20,000 nucleotides of DNA from an uncultured virus (IMG/VR IMGVR_UViG_3300030098_005893) (IMGVR_UViG_3300030098_005893:44944-64943), one strand, 5' to 3'. Numbered from the stretch's first letter, positions 1 through 8,907 are shown. Made by a program: numbers and translations. The notes: generated by a model not told the origin, from the sequence alone.

Positions 1-1122
1 CCGGAACTCGGGGAAAGCCCGGGGCACGAAAAGGTAAACGCTGAAGACGACAACAAGAAAATAGACACGGGGCTAGAGGGAGAGCCAGTTGTCGAAATTG
101 CCGAGGTTTACATTCATTTTGACGCAGATGAAGACGGAGTTCAGGAGGACATCGTCATTATGCTGGATAAGAAAAATCGCAGGCCATTGTTCTATGACTA
201 TGTTGCAAACAGGACCCCTGATGGGCGTAGGCCATTTAATGTCACCCGGGTAAACCGAGTAGAGGGCCGCTGGCACGGGATCGGCACCATGGAGGTGTTC
301 CAGCCATTGCAGGAAGTAGTGGATCTACTGGTCAACAGATGGAACCACTCCCAATCCCGCTCCGGAAATGTAATCTTCTGGAACCCTGAGCTTACTTTAG
401 AGGGAGAAGAAAACCCTCATTTAGAACTTAACGGGGGTAGGACATACACCCCCAAAGGAAACATCGACCCGGAGACTATCCTCAAAGTCATTCCGCTGTA
501 TGACGTTAAGGGCCGGGAAATCTACAAAGAGATCGAGTTCTTCATGCAGGTTGCAATTAACATGAGCGGAGTGTCTCATGTAAATGATGCCGCCATGCTT
601 GGAATGGACACAGCCAAGCTAGCCACCGGGGTCAAGAACATCGAGAGATCCGGGCAGGAAATGTTCTCGATATACCTAAGTCAGTTGCAAGACGGATTAG
701 AGGACCTGCTCAAGCAGTTCTGCGTATACACCCTAGCTTACCTAGATGTGCGAGAGGCGTTTTTGTATACAGAGGACGAGGCCGCCCAAATGTTGCAATT
801 TGGGCCCGAAAACGTCGATAAGCAGCTAGATATGGATGTTCGCCTAGAGATGACGAGATACAAGAATGAGCAGGAACTTGTTCAGGCGCAACAGGCTAGC
901 GCCAAGGTTATCGAGTTTTATTCCCTTCCCCCAGAATTACAGGTTCGCACTTCCCAGCTTTACAGGCAGATGCTAAAGGCAATGCAGGTTTCTCATGTGG
1001 ACGAGATTATCCAGCCCGGCTTTCAGATTCCCCCACAAGGCACTCCCTCCGGGGGGAGCGGGAATCCTCAGGCCATAAACACGCAGGATAACATGCCCGG
1101 ACAGCAGCCGCCTGTAGTATGA
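1..1122 (+). CDS. Portal protein, P22/podovirus-like, 5'-truncated
   Basis: Frame 1 is open from base 1, upstream of the listed ATG at 160. It contains EVYIHFDADEDGVQE, RPF...WHGIG and a TATG-like motif (AKLATGV), ends in a Q/P-rich tail, and lies upstream of scaffold and capsid genes. Confidence 0.8.
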   Translation, partial: PELGESPGHEKVNAEDDNKKIDTGLEGEPVVEIAEVYIHFDADEDGVQEDIVIMLDKKNRRPLFYDYVANRTPDGRRPFNVTRVNRVEGRWHGIGTMEVFQPLQEVVDLLVNRWNHSQSRSGNVIFWNPELTLEGEENPHLELNGGRTYTPKGNIDPETILKVIPLYDVKGREIYKEIEFFMQVAINMSGVSHVNDAAMLGMDTAKLATGVKNIERSGQEMFSIYLSQLQDGLEDLLKQFCVYTLAYLDVREAFLYTEDEAAQMLQFGPENVDKQLDMDVRLEMTRYKNEQELVQAQQASAKVIEFYSLPPELQVRTSQLYRQMLKAMQVSHVDEIIQPGFQIPPQGTPSGGSGNPQAINTQDNMPGQQPPVV

Positions 1123-1406
1123 GCATTGACAAGGAAAAGCAAGAGTATGACCGGGCCCAGAAGGTGGGCGAAAGAGTCGAGAGAATGTGCAGGGAAGAGG
1201 GGTGGAGTGACCACTTTATCCCTATGATCCAGAAAAGGAGGGATGAGGCGCAGTCTATCGTAAACGACCCAGACAGTGATCAGCTAACCACCCAGCTAAA
1301 CAGAGGGGTCATAAAGGTCTGCGACGAGGTCTTGGGATACAGGGAATACAGCGAGGCCCGAGCCGGGAAGATTATGAGGTCCGCTGTTGCCGCCAAGATG
1401 CGCTAG
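1119..1406 (+). CDS. Small helical protein following the portal (hypothetical)
   Basis: 95 aa with an ATGA overlap with the portal stop. A small ORF in this position is common in podovirus head modules. Confidence 0.7.
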   Translation: MSIDKEKQEYDRAQKVGERVERMCREEGWSDHFIPMIQKRRDEAQSIVNDPDSDQLTTQLNRGVIKVCDEVLGYREYSEARAGKIMRSAVAAKMR

Positions 1407-2398
1407 TCAAAAGCGGTTTCAGTGGACAGGGCAACGGCCCCAATTCCTGACTCTACCGCGTAGTCCCTGAACCTTTGTCTGGGGGAACACCGGAAACGCA
1501 CATTGGTGATCCGGAAATCTCCGAGAGATGGATAATCCCACAAAAAGGCTTGGCCAAGACTCAAGGCGTCAGACCCGGTGGCCTCCCAGCTCCCGCTGCC
1601 CATCTTGGTGTATTCATCTGCGCCCTCCACTCTAAACTCTACATCCCAATGGACCTCCATCATTGGGCTAAACACGCTAGGCCATGGAAGATTTACCCTG
1701 TAAACAAATGGCAATGGGTCCCTGTAGCCCTTTTGAATAGTGTAATCCCCTACATATGTGGTCCCACCATGGGAGCCGTTCACGTTGACGTTTGCAATTT
1801 GCAAAAACTGGGTGTCAGATACAGACGCAACATATGTTGTGGTGCTGCCGATTGAGTCAAAGGTGGTTTGACTGTGGTTTTCAGTTGCAGGCGTCCCCGA
1901 TGAGTAGGTGAGGAGCCCGGTCCCATTGGAGGAATATCCTTCTTCCATGTCCTGAACCGCGCCTACCACGCCCCAAGTTCCAGACCTTGCCCCATTGGTC
2001 TCCGATCCAGAGCTAACTTTGATGGCCTCAGGGTAGGTGGGGTTGTCCAATGTGCCCAAAGTCCTCATCGCGTCCGGACTAAAGATGTATTGATCATAAT
2101 CAATCACATCTGTCTTGGTGTGGACAGAGGCCGCCCCCCCAGAGGGAGTCGTAGTAACGGTCCCATTATGATGGACTGGGTTTACATAAGTCAGCCAAAG
2201 CATACGAAACCCGCTCGGGGGCATGGCGTTGACTATCGAGGGGTCAAACCCCGCCGGGCTGGCCTGAAAGCCAAGATACAGGCCATTGGTCTGCTCTATG
2301 TGAAATTCCGGAGCAGGGCACTCTAACTCCGCACAGCACACGCATTGCTGGTCTGGGAACTTCTCAGTGCTTGCTCTCCCGTATACTTCGTAAGACAT
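1403..2398 (-). CDS. Hypothetical protein with N-terminal Cys cluster (CVCCAELECP) and S/T/G-rich beta-type body
   Basis: 331-aa ORF coupled to the upstream minus-strand ORF by a TGATG overlap at 2398. It fills the gap between plus-strand genes exactly. Confidence 0.7.
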   Translation of the reverse strand: MSYEVYGRASTEKFPDQQCVCCAELECPAPEFHIEQTNGLYLGFQASPAGFDPSIVNAMPPSGFRMLWLTYVNPVHHNGTVTTTPSGGAASVHTKTDVIDYDQYIFSPDAMRTLGTLDNPTYPEAIKVSSGSETNGARSGTWGVVGAVQDMEEGYSSNGTGLLTYSSGTPATENHSQTTFDSIGSTTTYVASVSDTQFLQIANVNVNGSHGGTTYVGDYTIQKGYRDPLPFVYRVNLPWPSVFSPMMEVHWDVEFRVEGADEYTKMGSGSWEATGSDALSLGQAFLWDYPSLGDFRITNVRFRCSPRQRFRDYAVESGIGAVALSTETAFD

Positions 2399-3099
2399 CA
2401 GGACCTAAAGTAATGTGCCGTGGCTCTATATGCGTCCAGAAGGCATATCTGGAAGGTGACCGCCCCGCACCCCTCGGTGTTCCAAACCAAATCCCCGTTG
2501 ATGCTCTCAGACCAGCTACCCAAGGGGGCGTATATGAACCCTGTAGGCTGGGAGGCGGATAACTCGCTATCTACAGGAGTTGATGGCCCGTTTTCCAGAA
2601 TTGGGGGCCCTGTGGCGCTCCATCTTCCAGTGAGATATGTCGTATCTCCAGAGGAATCGGTCTCCATGGTTATTTCCAGCTTCACATAAAGGCTGCTGGT
2701 GTGGGGGTCAAAGGTGGTGCTTTCTCCCCCTATTGTTGTGTGAGCCGTAACAAAATCGCTATCTACATAGTTTACCGTTCCCTGTTGCAAATATCTCTTA
2801 TCGGAATCTGACGGGTCGGTGAGCAATGTCCCCAAGGAGCATGTCGTTGAAACTTCCTGTTTCCCTGTTCTCCTGACCAAGCAAACCCTCTTAAACCCAT
2901 TAGCATCAACGAGTTCCACCTCTTCAAACATTGCTAGATACATCAAAAGAGACCTCAACTTATCTATTCCTTCATTGGTGGTGTTGGCGTTTTGGGCAAA
3001 TCGCTCTCCAATATCCAGCTCGTCAGCCTCCATTCCCGGGGGTGGAGGGAACAGCTTGGGGAAGGTGAAATCAGATGACGGGATTACTGGTGTAGACAC
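2398..3099 (-). CDS. Hypothetical protein, possibly virion-associated
   Basis: 233-aa ORF with a GTG start, divergent from the scaffold gene across a short AT-rich spacer. Confidence 0.7.
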   Translation of the reverse strand: MSTPVIPSSDFTFPKLFPPPPGMEADELDIGERFAQNANTTNEGIDKLRSLLMYLAMFEEVELVDANGFKRVCLVRRTGKQEVSTTCSLGTLLTDPSDSDKRYLQQGTVNYVDSDFVTAHTTIGGESTTFDPHTSSLYVKLEITMETDSSGDTTYLTGRWSATGPPILENGPSTPVDSELSASQPTGFIYAPLGSWSESINGDLVWNTEGCGAVTFQICLLDAYRATAHYFRS

Positions 3100-3152
3100 A
3101 ATTGCAATTTAATTCTTGCAAAGGATCAAATAAAGCCCAAAATCCCGGGATA
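3100..3152. promoter_or_regulatory. Divergent promoter region; plus-strand TTGCAA-N16-CAAAAT
   Basis: TTGCAA at 3116-3121, CAAAAT at 3138-3143 and ATG at 3153. The palindrome AATTGCAATT (3100-3109) abuts the minus-strand GTG start. Confidence 0.5.
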
Positions 3153-4442
3153 ATGAGTGAGGCAGACGCCCATTCGGGACAAAATACAGCAGTTGAGGAG
3201 GCAGACGCCCCAGACACTGAAAGCATCCAAGAAGATACACCCGAGGTCGGAAATAACGATCTGGGGGGTTCGGGCGAGGTGGATGGACAGCAGGAAGCTG
3301 CTGAACAAGCCACGCCGTCTATGGCAGACAGGATATCTGAAGCTGGGGACATAGCTGAATACGAGGCTTTAATGTCTGAGATTGAGCAAAACCCCAACCT
3401 CTTGCAAGAACTTGACCCAAATGAAGAGAGTTCTGAAGAAACGGCTACGAATGAGGAGGAGGCGCAGGCCCCTCCGGAGGGAGAGCCAGAGCAACGAGAA
3501 GAGCAACCCGTTGAGCAAGAGCAAGTTGCAGAGCAAAGTCAGCCAGACGAAGCCGGAGACGTAGTAGATGAGGGGGACAAAATCCCCCAATTCCGATTGC
3601 GTCCAACAGAGCAAGTGGATGCTGAGGCATTGCGAATAATGAAGGCCGCAGACGCCGCTGATGCACCTATAAACCTTGAACAGGCGCTTAGTATTGCAAA
3701 ACAGCGGTTAGGTATTGAAGAGAGACCGACAGCCAAAATTGAGCCAGTTGAAAACGACACTCAATACTCCGAAGAGGAGGAGGCAGAGGAGGAAGACCCG
3801 ATATCTGATGTAACGTATGCTGAGGCCAAACAGGAACTAAAGGACCTTCGCAAAAAGCATAGCCAAGCACTCCGTGACGGCGACCTTGACGAGGCCGCAG
3901 ACGTAATGGATCAGCTTGGTGAAACTGAAGAGCTTGTTGAATTGTTGTCTGTTCGTGAAGAACAAGAAGCGACAGCGGCAGTAAACGAGCATGATCATGC
4001 TTTTGATTCCTCAGTTGCAAAAGCAAACGAGCTTTACCCGGATTTCGGGAATGAAGGCTCAGACTTTTACGCTAGAGCAGCAGAGATCGACGCGGCCCTG
4101 CGGGATACTGAAGACAATCGCTACTTCGATGCTAATAAACCGCTTCTGATTGCCCAAATGGTAGCAAAGGAGCTGAATATAGCTCCAAACACGGGAGGGC
4201 CAGCCAAGGAGGCCCCCCAGCAGAAGCAAAAAGCTGCGCCTCAGCAACAGTCACCCTCTTCGCCCCAGCCCCCAAGGACCGAAAAGCCCGGCCAACTACC
4301 CGCAGCCAGTGGAGCTTCACGCACTGCTGGCGTCCAAACCGGACAAGCGGCTACACTTGCTGATCAAGTGGCGAATATATCCAACCCTGATGACTTTGAC
4401 GAATTAGCCGAACAAGTCTTCCGGTCTGGCATTGCTGATTGA
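3153..4442 (+). CDS. Capsid scaffolding protein (acidic, helical)
   Basis: Very E/D/Q-rich and low complexity, with a P/Q linker and a short C-terminal helix, directly upstream of the capsid gene. ATG 3153 is preferred to the TTG at 3102. Confidence 0.7.
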   Translation: MSEADAHSGQNTAVEEADAPDTESIQEDTPEVGNNDLGGSGEVDGQQEAAEQATPSMADRISEAGDIAEYEALMSEIEQNPNLLQELDPNEESSEETATNEEEAQAPPEGEPEQREEQPVEQEQVAEQSQPDEAGDVVDEGDKIPQFRLRPTEQVDAEALRIMKAADAADAPINLEQALSIAKQRLGIEERPTAKIEPVENDTQYSEEEEAEEEDPISDVTYAEAKQELKDLRKKHSQALRDGDLDEAADVMDQLGETEELVELLSVREEQEATAAVNEHDHAFDSSVAKANELYPDFGNEGSDFYARAAEIDAALRDTEDNRYFDANKPLLIAQMVAKELNIAPNTGGPAKEAPQQKQKAAPQQQSPSSPQPPRTEKPGQLPAASGASRTAGVQTGQAATLADQVANISNPDDFDELAEQVFRSGIAD

Positions 4443-4497
4443 TTGGTTGTGTTTGTCGCGGGTCCGAAAACCGCAATTCAATTAACCACCAAGAATC

Positions 4498-6027
4498 ATG
4501 GCATTCCATACTTCCAATGTTACTGGTCAGGGAATCGGCAACGCCCTTTCCGCTGACCCCGCAAACGCATTTGGTAACGCTGGGGCAGTCCGCGAACTTT
4601 GGCGCAAAGGAGTTGAGGTCTATGAACAGACCGCAGACTTCTTTGCTCCTTTCGAGGGCGGCAACGACAGCATTATCCAAACCGTTACCGACACGACCAA
4701 AGGTCGCGGTCAGAAAATTACGTTCACCACCATGGCTGGTCTCTACAATGAGCCCAAGCACGGAGACGAGCTTTTTGATGACGGTGATGCTTTCGAGTCG
4801 ATCAAGATCAATTCCGCAACCCTGTCCGTGGACTTCATGCGCCACGGCGTTCGTTATACCGAACGAGCTGAAGAGTTCATGGGAATGCGCGGCGAAATCG
4901 CCGTAGGCATCCCCCGCGAGCTTGGCAAGTGGATGGGCCGCAACAAGAGTGAGAAGCTGTTTATGAGCTTCTTGCACCACGGCGCAGGCGCAAACCAAAT
5001 TATTGCAAACAGCAAGGCCAGCGCGGACGATCTGTTTACTGCTGACACCCTTGATTGGGACGGCATCGTCTCCGCTCAGACGCAGCTCTCCCGCCTTGGC
5101 GGAAGCCCTGCTAAATTGGGCCGGGATCAGAACGGTAACGCCATTCATCGCTACTGCTCCGTTGCAACCACTGACGCTCTGTTCTCTCTTGAGCAGGACG
5201 CTGATTACAAGGATGCACACGAAGAGGGTGGGCCAAACGCCTACTCCAACCAGTTGTTTACGGGTGGCTACTCCGATGTCCGGGGTAATATCATCAAGAA
5301 ATACAATCCCATCGACCATGACGGATACGGTGCGATTGCTTCTCCGCTGAACCCCAAGGCAGAGCTTGGATGCTCGACCGTCGATGGGTTTACCAACAAC
5401 ACCACCACTGGTGTTGCGGCAACCAAAATCGCTGGCGGCGGATCTGCAACTGCTGGGGCTCTTACGGCTCCCGCTTACTTCAAATACTTCCCGCTCTACG
5501 CGTTCAAGTTCCTTGCAACGGACACCCTGTCTCTTGCGGCCAGCTTGTATGGAAGTGGGTCGTTCTATGTAGCGGTTGTAAACCACCCCAATGCGGCCAC
5601 AGACCCGAACAAGATTGGCTTCTACTCAGTTAACGCCAATGACGGGAACCTGTTGACCGTGAACGACAAGCATGAGTCGGGAGACGCCAACAACGCCTTT
5701 GGCTCCTTTCCCGCTTTCGACAGCGATATCCACACCAACACCCACGATGCTGGAACAGCCAGCATCTACCTTGTGAACCAGCACGGTGTGCCTTACGGCC
5801 ACACTCTGTTCATGGGTAAGCAGGCTGCTCGTCGCGCATACGGCAAGTATCGCAACCAGCGTTCCGAAGACTCCCATGAGGGCGGCTTCGTGAAGGACAT
5901 CTTCGTGACCTCTGTCTTCGGGCAGGAGCCAGTGCAGGATGCTGCTGGGCGCAGGCCGGGATACCTTATCCTGACACACGCACTGCAATACGCTGGAGTT
6001 CCGTTCCCGACAGTCACCACTGCTTAA
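4498..6027 (+). CDS. Major capsid protein, N4-gp56/DUF4043-like
   Basis: 509 aa. The N-terminal pattern LW...FF...IQTVTDTTKGRGQKITF...GDE matches this family. It has C-ending codon bias, follows the scaffold and is followed by a terminator. Confidence 0.8.
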   Translation: MAFHTSNVTGQGIGNALSADPANAFGNAGAVRELWRKGVEVYEQTADFFAPFEGGNDSIIQTVTDTTKGRGQKITFTTMAGLYNEPKHGDELFDDGDAFESIKINSATLSVDFMRHGVRYTERAEEFMGMRGEIAVGIPRELGKWMGRNKSEKLFMSFLHHGAGANQIIANSKASADDLFTADTLDWDGIVSAQTQLSRLGGSPAKLGRDQNGNAIHRYCSVATTDALFSLEQDADYKDAHEEGGPNAYSNQLFTGGYSDVRGNIIKKYNPIDHDGYGAIASPLNPKAELGCSTVDGFTNNTTTGVAATKIAGGGSATAGALTAPAYFKYFPLYAFKFLATDTLSLAASLYGSGSFYVAVVNHPNAATDPNKIGFYSVNANDGNLLTVNDKHESGDANNAFGSFPAFDSDIHTNTHDAGTASIYLVNQHGVPYGHTLFMGKQAARRAYGKYRNQRSEDSHEGGFVKDIFVTSVFGQEPVQDAAGRRPGYLILTHALQYAGVPFPTVTTA

Positions 6028-6068
6028 TTCCTGAGAAATCAGGGATTTGGGATCAAGAACCCAATTAT

Positions 6069-6109
6069 GGGGGCCCTGAGTTGCAATTCTTGCAACCGGG
6101 GCCCCTTTT
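6069..6109 (+). terminator. Intrinsic terminator after the capsid gene
   Basis: GGGGCCC-TGA-GTTGCAA-TTC-TTGCAAC-CG-GGGCCCC stem-loop followed by TTTT. Confidence 0.7.
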
Positions 6110-6117
6110 GCTATACT
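6090..6117 (+). promoter_or_regulatory. Sigma70-like promoter TTGCAA-N16-TATACT with extended -10 TG; probably leaderless
   Basis: -35 at 6090-6095, TGc-TATACT ending at 6117, and ATG at 6124 exactly at the expected transcription start distance. Confidence 0.65.
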
Positions 6118-6123
6118 TTGAGT

Positions 6124-6450
6124 ATGCCTATTTTAGCAGTATTGCAGTATCCTGATCGCGGAACGTATGCCCCGGCAAAATACGGAACTCGGCATGGGGA
6201 CTTTTTGAGGTCCAAGGTGCCGGGAATGGAGGAGGAAATCTGGGTCCTTGGTGGGCGCACATATGACCTTTCTAAAGCTAAAGACAGGGAAGAGTTCAAT
6301 GCAGACTGCGCCACTCTTATCCCCTTTTGCCACGGAAGAAAAATGAGAGTGGTTCCGGTTATTTTGAATCCTGTGGCTGCTAAAAAGACAGCCAAGAAAA
6401 AGGCGGCTAAAGAGCTGCCAGAAAAACTTTTGCCACCCTCCGGAGGGTAG
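6124..6450 (+). CDS. Hypothetical protein with Lys/Ala-rich basic C-terminal tail
   Basis: The likely start is ATG 6124 (MPILAV...), since the listed 6067 start runs through the terminator. The tail reads AAKKTAKKKAAK. Confidence 0.65.
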   Translation: MPILAVLQYPDRGTYAPAKYGTRHGDFLRSKVPGMEEEIWVLGGRTYDLSKAKDREEFNADCATLIPFCHGRKMRVVPVILNPVAAKKTAKKKAAKELPEKLLPPSGG

Positions 6451-6456
6451 TAAGCC

Positions 6457-7221
6457 ATGACTCTTAAAGAGCTTAGAGACAACGTGTTGCGGGTCCTCTG
6501 GATGGAGGGAGCTGGGACGATTCCTGACTATATTTACGAGGATGCCACCACGGCCATCAATTCTGCGTTGCAACTCATGCACCAGAGCCCTCTGGACTAT
6601 TTCCGCAAAGAGGAGGGGACGCTATACTATTCTGCGGGAACATCATCGGCAAACCTCAACACTCTGTATGGAGCAAACGAGCTTATTGGGCCCGTTTGGA
6701 TCGAGGCAGAGAACAACAGAGAGCTTCATAGGATCACCGATGAGTCTGAGTTTAATCAATTCTTCCCAAGGTTTTATGGGAAAACTGAAGCTCAGGCCGT
6801 AGCTGACGGGGTTCCCGCTCCAAGTTACTACTTCGTCAAAACTCGCAGAGAAGCAGCCGAAGACTCTGGAAGGGACTCGTCTGGTGCGTATATCGAGATC
6901 AAGCCGACCCCAACAGCAGACGTAAGCATCAGTCTAATTTACGCCAGAAAGGCTGCCGTTTTTGAAACAAGCTACATCAAGGCTCTGTCAGGATCAGAGG
7001 TAACTCCCGTCCCGGCAGACGCGGTAGAGACAATCCTTCTGCCGCTTGCTAGAATGTATGCAATGAGGTCTCACTTTTTCTTTGAGAAAGACAAGATCCC
7101 CATGTTTGAGCAGGACTCAGCCAGAGCGATGCAATCGTTGCAAGTCTCTGACCCCGAAATGGGGACAAAGAGCCACATGGCTGAGCAGCTTAGGAAACAA
7201 TTTGCGTCTGAAGAAGAATGA
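6457..7221 (+). CDS. Head-tail adaptor/connector-like protein 1
   Basis: MTLKELRDNV...AINSAL N-terminal helices, a P-x-P beta turn (IKPTPT) and VPADAVETILLPLA; located after the capsid gene. Confidence 0.6.
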   Translation: MTLKELRDNVLRVLWMEGAGTIPDYIYEDATTAINSALQLMHQSPLDYFRKEEGTLYYSAGTSSANLNTLYGANELIGPVWIEAENNRELHRITDESEFNQFFPRFYGKTEAQAVADGVPAPSYYFVKTRREAAEDSGRDSSGAYIEIKPTPTADVSISLIYARKAAVFETSYIKALSGSEVTPVPADAVETILLPLARMYAMRSHFFFEKDKIPMFEQDSARAMQSLQVSDPEMGTKSHMAEQLRKQFASEEE

Positions 7222-8153
7222 CTGTTCAAGAATTAGCTCAAAGGCTTGCAAGATGGACAGCCAGTAAGACGCTCTCGCAAATGAGCGTTGAGGATCGTTT
7301 GATCCTGCTGGATTGTGTCAACTCCGCTGTTTTTAACTGGTTTATTACGGCCCCGGAAAACCTGAGGATGACCACGGTCTCGCACCTAATAAGGGCGAAG
7401 GAGACCATCAGCTTTACCGCCACCAACGGAGGAAACGACATGACTGGCGCTTCGTTGCAAGACTATCATCTAGGAGCGGCTTTGGAGATTGCAGGGGAGA
7501 AAAACATGAATGAAATCGTTTCGGTTTCTGGGACTCCTAAAATGCTTAACCAGTTTCGCGGATCAACTGGCTCCGTGTCCGCAAGTGTCCACTTTGACAC
7601 TATTATGCTCACGGATCACAGCGTCAACAGGCTGGTAAGCCATCCTAGAGTGCTTGATACGGGAGTTACCCTGTTCAGGGACGAAGACGGCCTTCGATTC
7701 GTTGGACCGGAGAGAAGGATGAGGGCGTTTTCCGGAATACTTGGGACCACAGCAGCCTCAAGTTCTGTGCAAACCTTTGGAGACCCCACAAGGTATGTTC
7801 TAGAAAACACCGGGGTATCCCAGAAAGACGAAGCCAGACTAATGGTTAGGCTCGACCCCATTCCGGACAAGGAGATGACTGTGGTGTTCGATGCCGTGCT
7901 GGACCCGCCTTCTCATGATTTGACAGATATGGACGGGAGTGTGGCCGTTGCCGTTCCGGATCAATATGTTTTGCCTCATGTTCTTCCGTTGGCGCTAAGC
8001 GACTTGGTTATGACCCCGATCTGGGAGGGGTCAAAAGAGGAGAGAGACGCCACCATCCAGAGGGGGATATCTGCTATTGCCGCAATAAATAGGGCAATGC
8101 AGCCCAACAGGGGATCTCCTTCCAATTATGTGAGAACCAGACCCGGATATTAA
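7218..8153 (+). CDS. Head-tail adaptor/connector-like protein 2 (paralogue)
   Basis: MTVQELAQRL...CVNSAV, LDPIPD and VPDQYVLPHVLPLA mirror the preceding gene; ATGA overlap. Confidence 0.55.
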   Translation: MTVQELAQRLARWTASKTLSQMSVEDRLILLDCVNSAVFNWFITAPENLRMTTVSHLIRAKETISFTATNGGNDMTGASLQDYHLGAALEIAGEKNMNEIVSVSGTPKMLNQFRGSTGSVSASVHFDTIMLTDHSVNRLVSHPRVLDTGVTLFRDEDGLRFVGPERRMRAFSGILGTTAASSSVQTFGDPTRYVLENTGVSQKDEARLMVRLDPIPDKEMTVVFDAVLDPPSHDLTDMDGSVAVAVPDQYVLPHVLPLALSDLVMTPIWEGSKEERDATIQRGISAIAAINRAMQPNRGSPSNYVRTRPGY

Positions 8154-8154
8154 A

Positions 8155-8571
8155 ATGATTGCAGACGCCACAAAGCTAAAGGCCGCAGTTAAACAGGCCC
8201 TACAGGAGATCAATGACGCATGTTACGAAATGCGCCAAGAGGGAGTTGTCGTCCTCATGCCGGAAGCTGTTGAATTTGAGGTGAACATGGTCATAGGGAC
8301 AGACATCAATGTTGTCACAAGGACCAATAACGAGAGCGAGAATAACGGAACAACTACTACAACTCGCACCTCTGGGGCTGCTGACCTTACCGCAGGCCCT
8401 CACGAACAGGAGGTATCCACCAAGACGAACGACAACAGGGAGACAAACAGGACATATACCACTCTCACTGAAACAACCAAAATCAAACACCCTACAGTTA
8501 CGACGACTGGAAGCGGTCAGGATACTGGGGACGAAACTGTAAATTACACCTACGGAGACGGGGACGCATAA
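8155..8571 (+). CDS. Thr-rich hypothetical protein
   Basis: 138 aa with tight spacing; an N-terminal helix and VEFEV strand, then a T-rich region. Confidence 0.65.
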   Translation: MIADATKLKAAVKQALQEINDACYEMRQEGVVVLMPEAVEFEVNMVIGTDINVVTRTNNESENNGTTTTTRTSGAADLTAGPHEQEVSTKTNDNRETNRTYTTLTETTKIKHPTVTTTGSGQDTGDETVNYTYGDGDA

Positions 8572-8574
8572 GCC

Positions 8575-8877
8575 ATGGCTAGTTCAGACAATATAATTAC
8601 AAGAGTAACCGATACTACGGCCACTAAAGGCCAAATATCGGCGCAGTCATATGACAGCCAAACAACAAGGACCGTAACCACTCCGACCCTTACAAAGGAG
8701 ACTACGACCCAGCTTGATGACACTGCCAATACAAGCGAAAGAAAAGTTGGCGATGTAACAGAAACGCGAACCTCGTCAGGAGTGGGGACTGTTACCACTA
8801 CAAACGAGGACAAGGGCGTGGTCTTGAGGTTTACCATCCCCATCCAACAGAGAAATCCAATTGTTAGATCGGAGTAA
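8575..8877 (+). CDS. Thr-rich hypothetical protein
   Basis: 100 aa, in frame with the previous ORF after TAA-GCC, ending in the hydrophobic strand VVLRFTIPIQ. Confidence 0.6.
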   Translation: MASSDNIITRVTDTTATKGQISAQSYDSQTTRTVTTPTLTKETTTQLDDTANTSERKVGDVTETRTSSGVGTVTTTNEDKGVVLRFTIPIQQRNPIVRSE

Positions 8878-8889
8878 TTGCAATACTAT
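8861..8889 (+). promoter_or_regulatory. Possible promoter TTGTTA-N17-TACTAT overlapping an ATTGCAAT palindrome
   Basis: Hexamers at 8861-8866 and 8884-8889 with TTGCAA at 8878-8883, upstream of the fibre genes. Confidence 0.35.
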
Positions 8890-8907
8890 TAGCCAACTTA
8901 CCAAGTT

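Noticed and set aside
1395..3125. Invertible segment explaining the minus-strand cassette
   Set aside because: I found no inverted repeats at the two boundaries and no recombinase gene in the window.
4443..4497. Possible structured leader upstream of the capsid gene
   Set aside because: Only short 4-5 bp stems are visible, which is not distinguishable from chance.
4351..5586. 411-aa antisense ORF opposite the capsid gene
   Set aside because: Best explained as a shadow ORF caused by the capsid gene's codon bias. It has no recognisable motifs or expression signals.
6067..6123. Upstream ATG start for the ORF ending at 6450
   Set aside because: It would translate through the terminator hairpin and promoter. 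ATG 6124 fits better.
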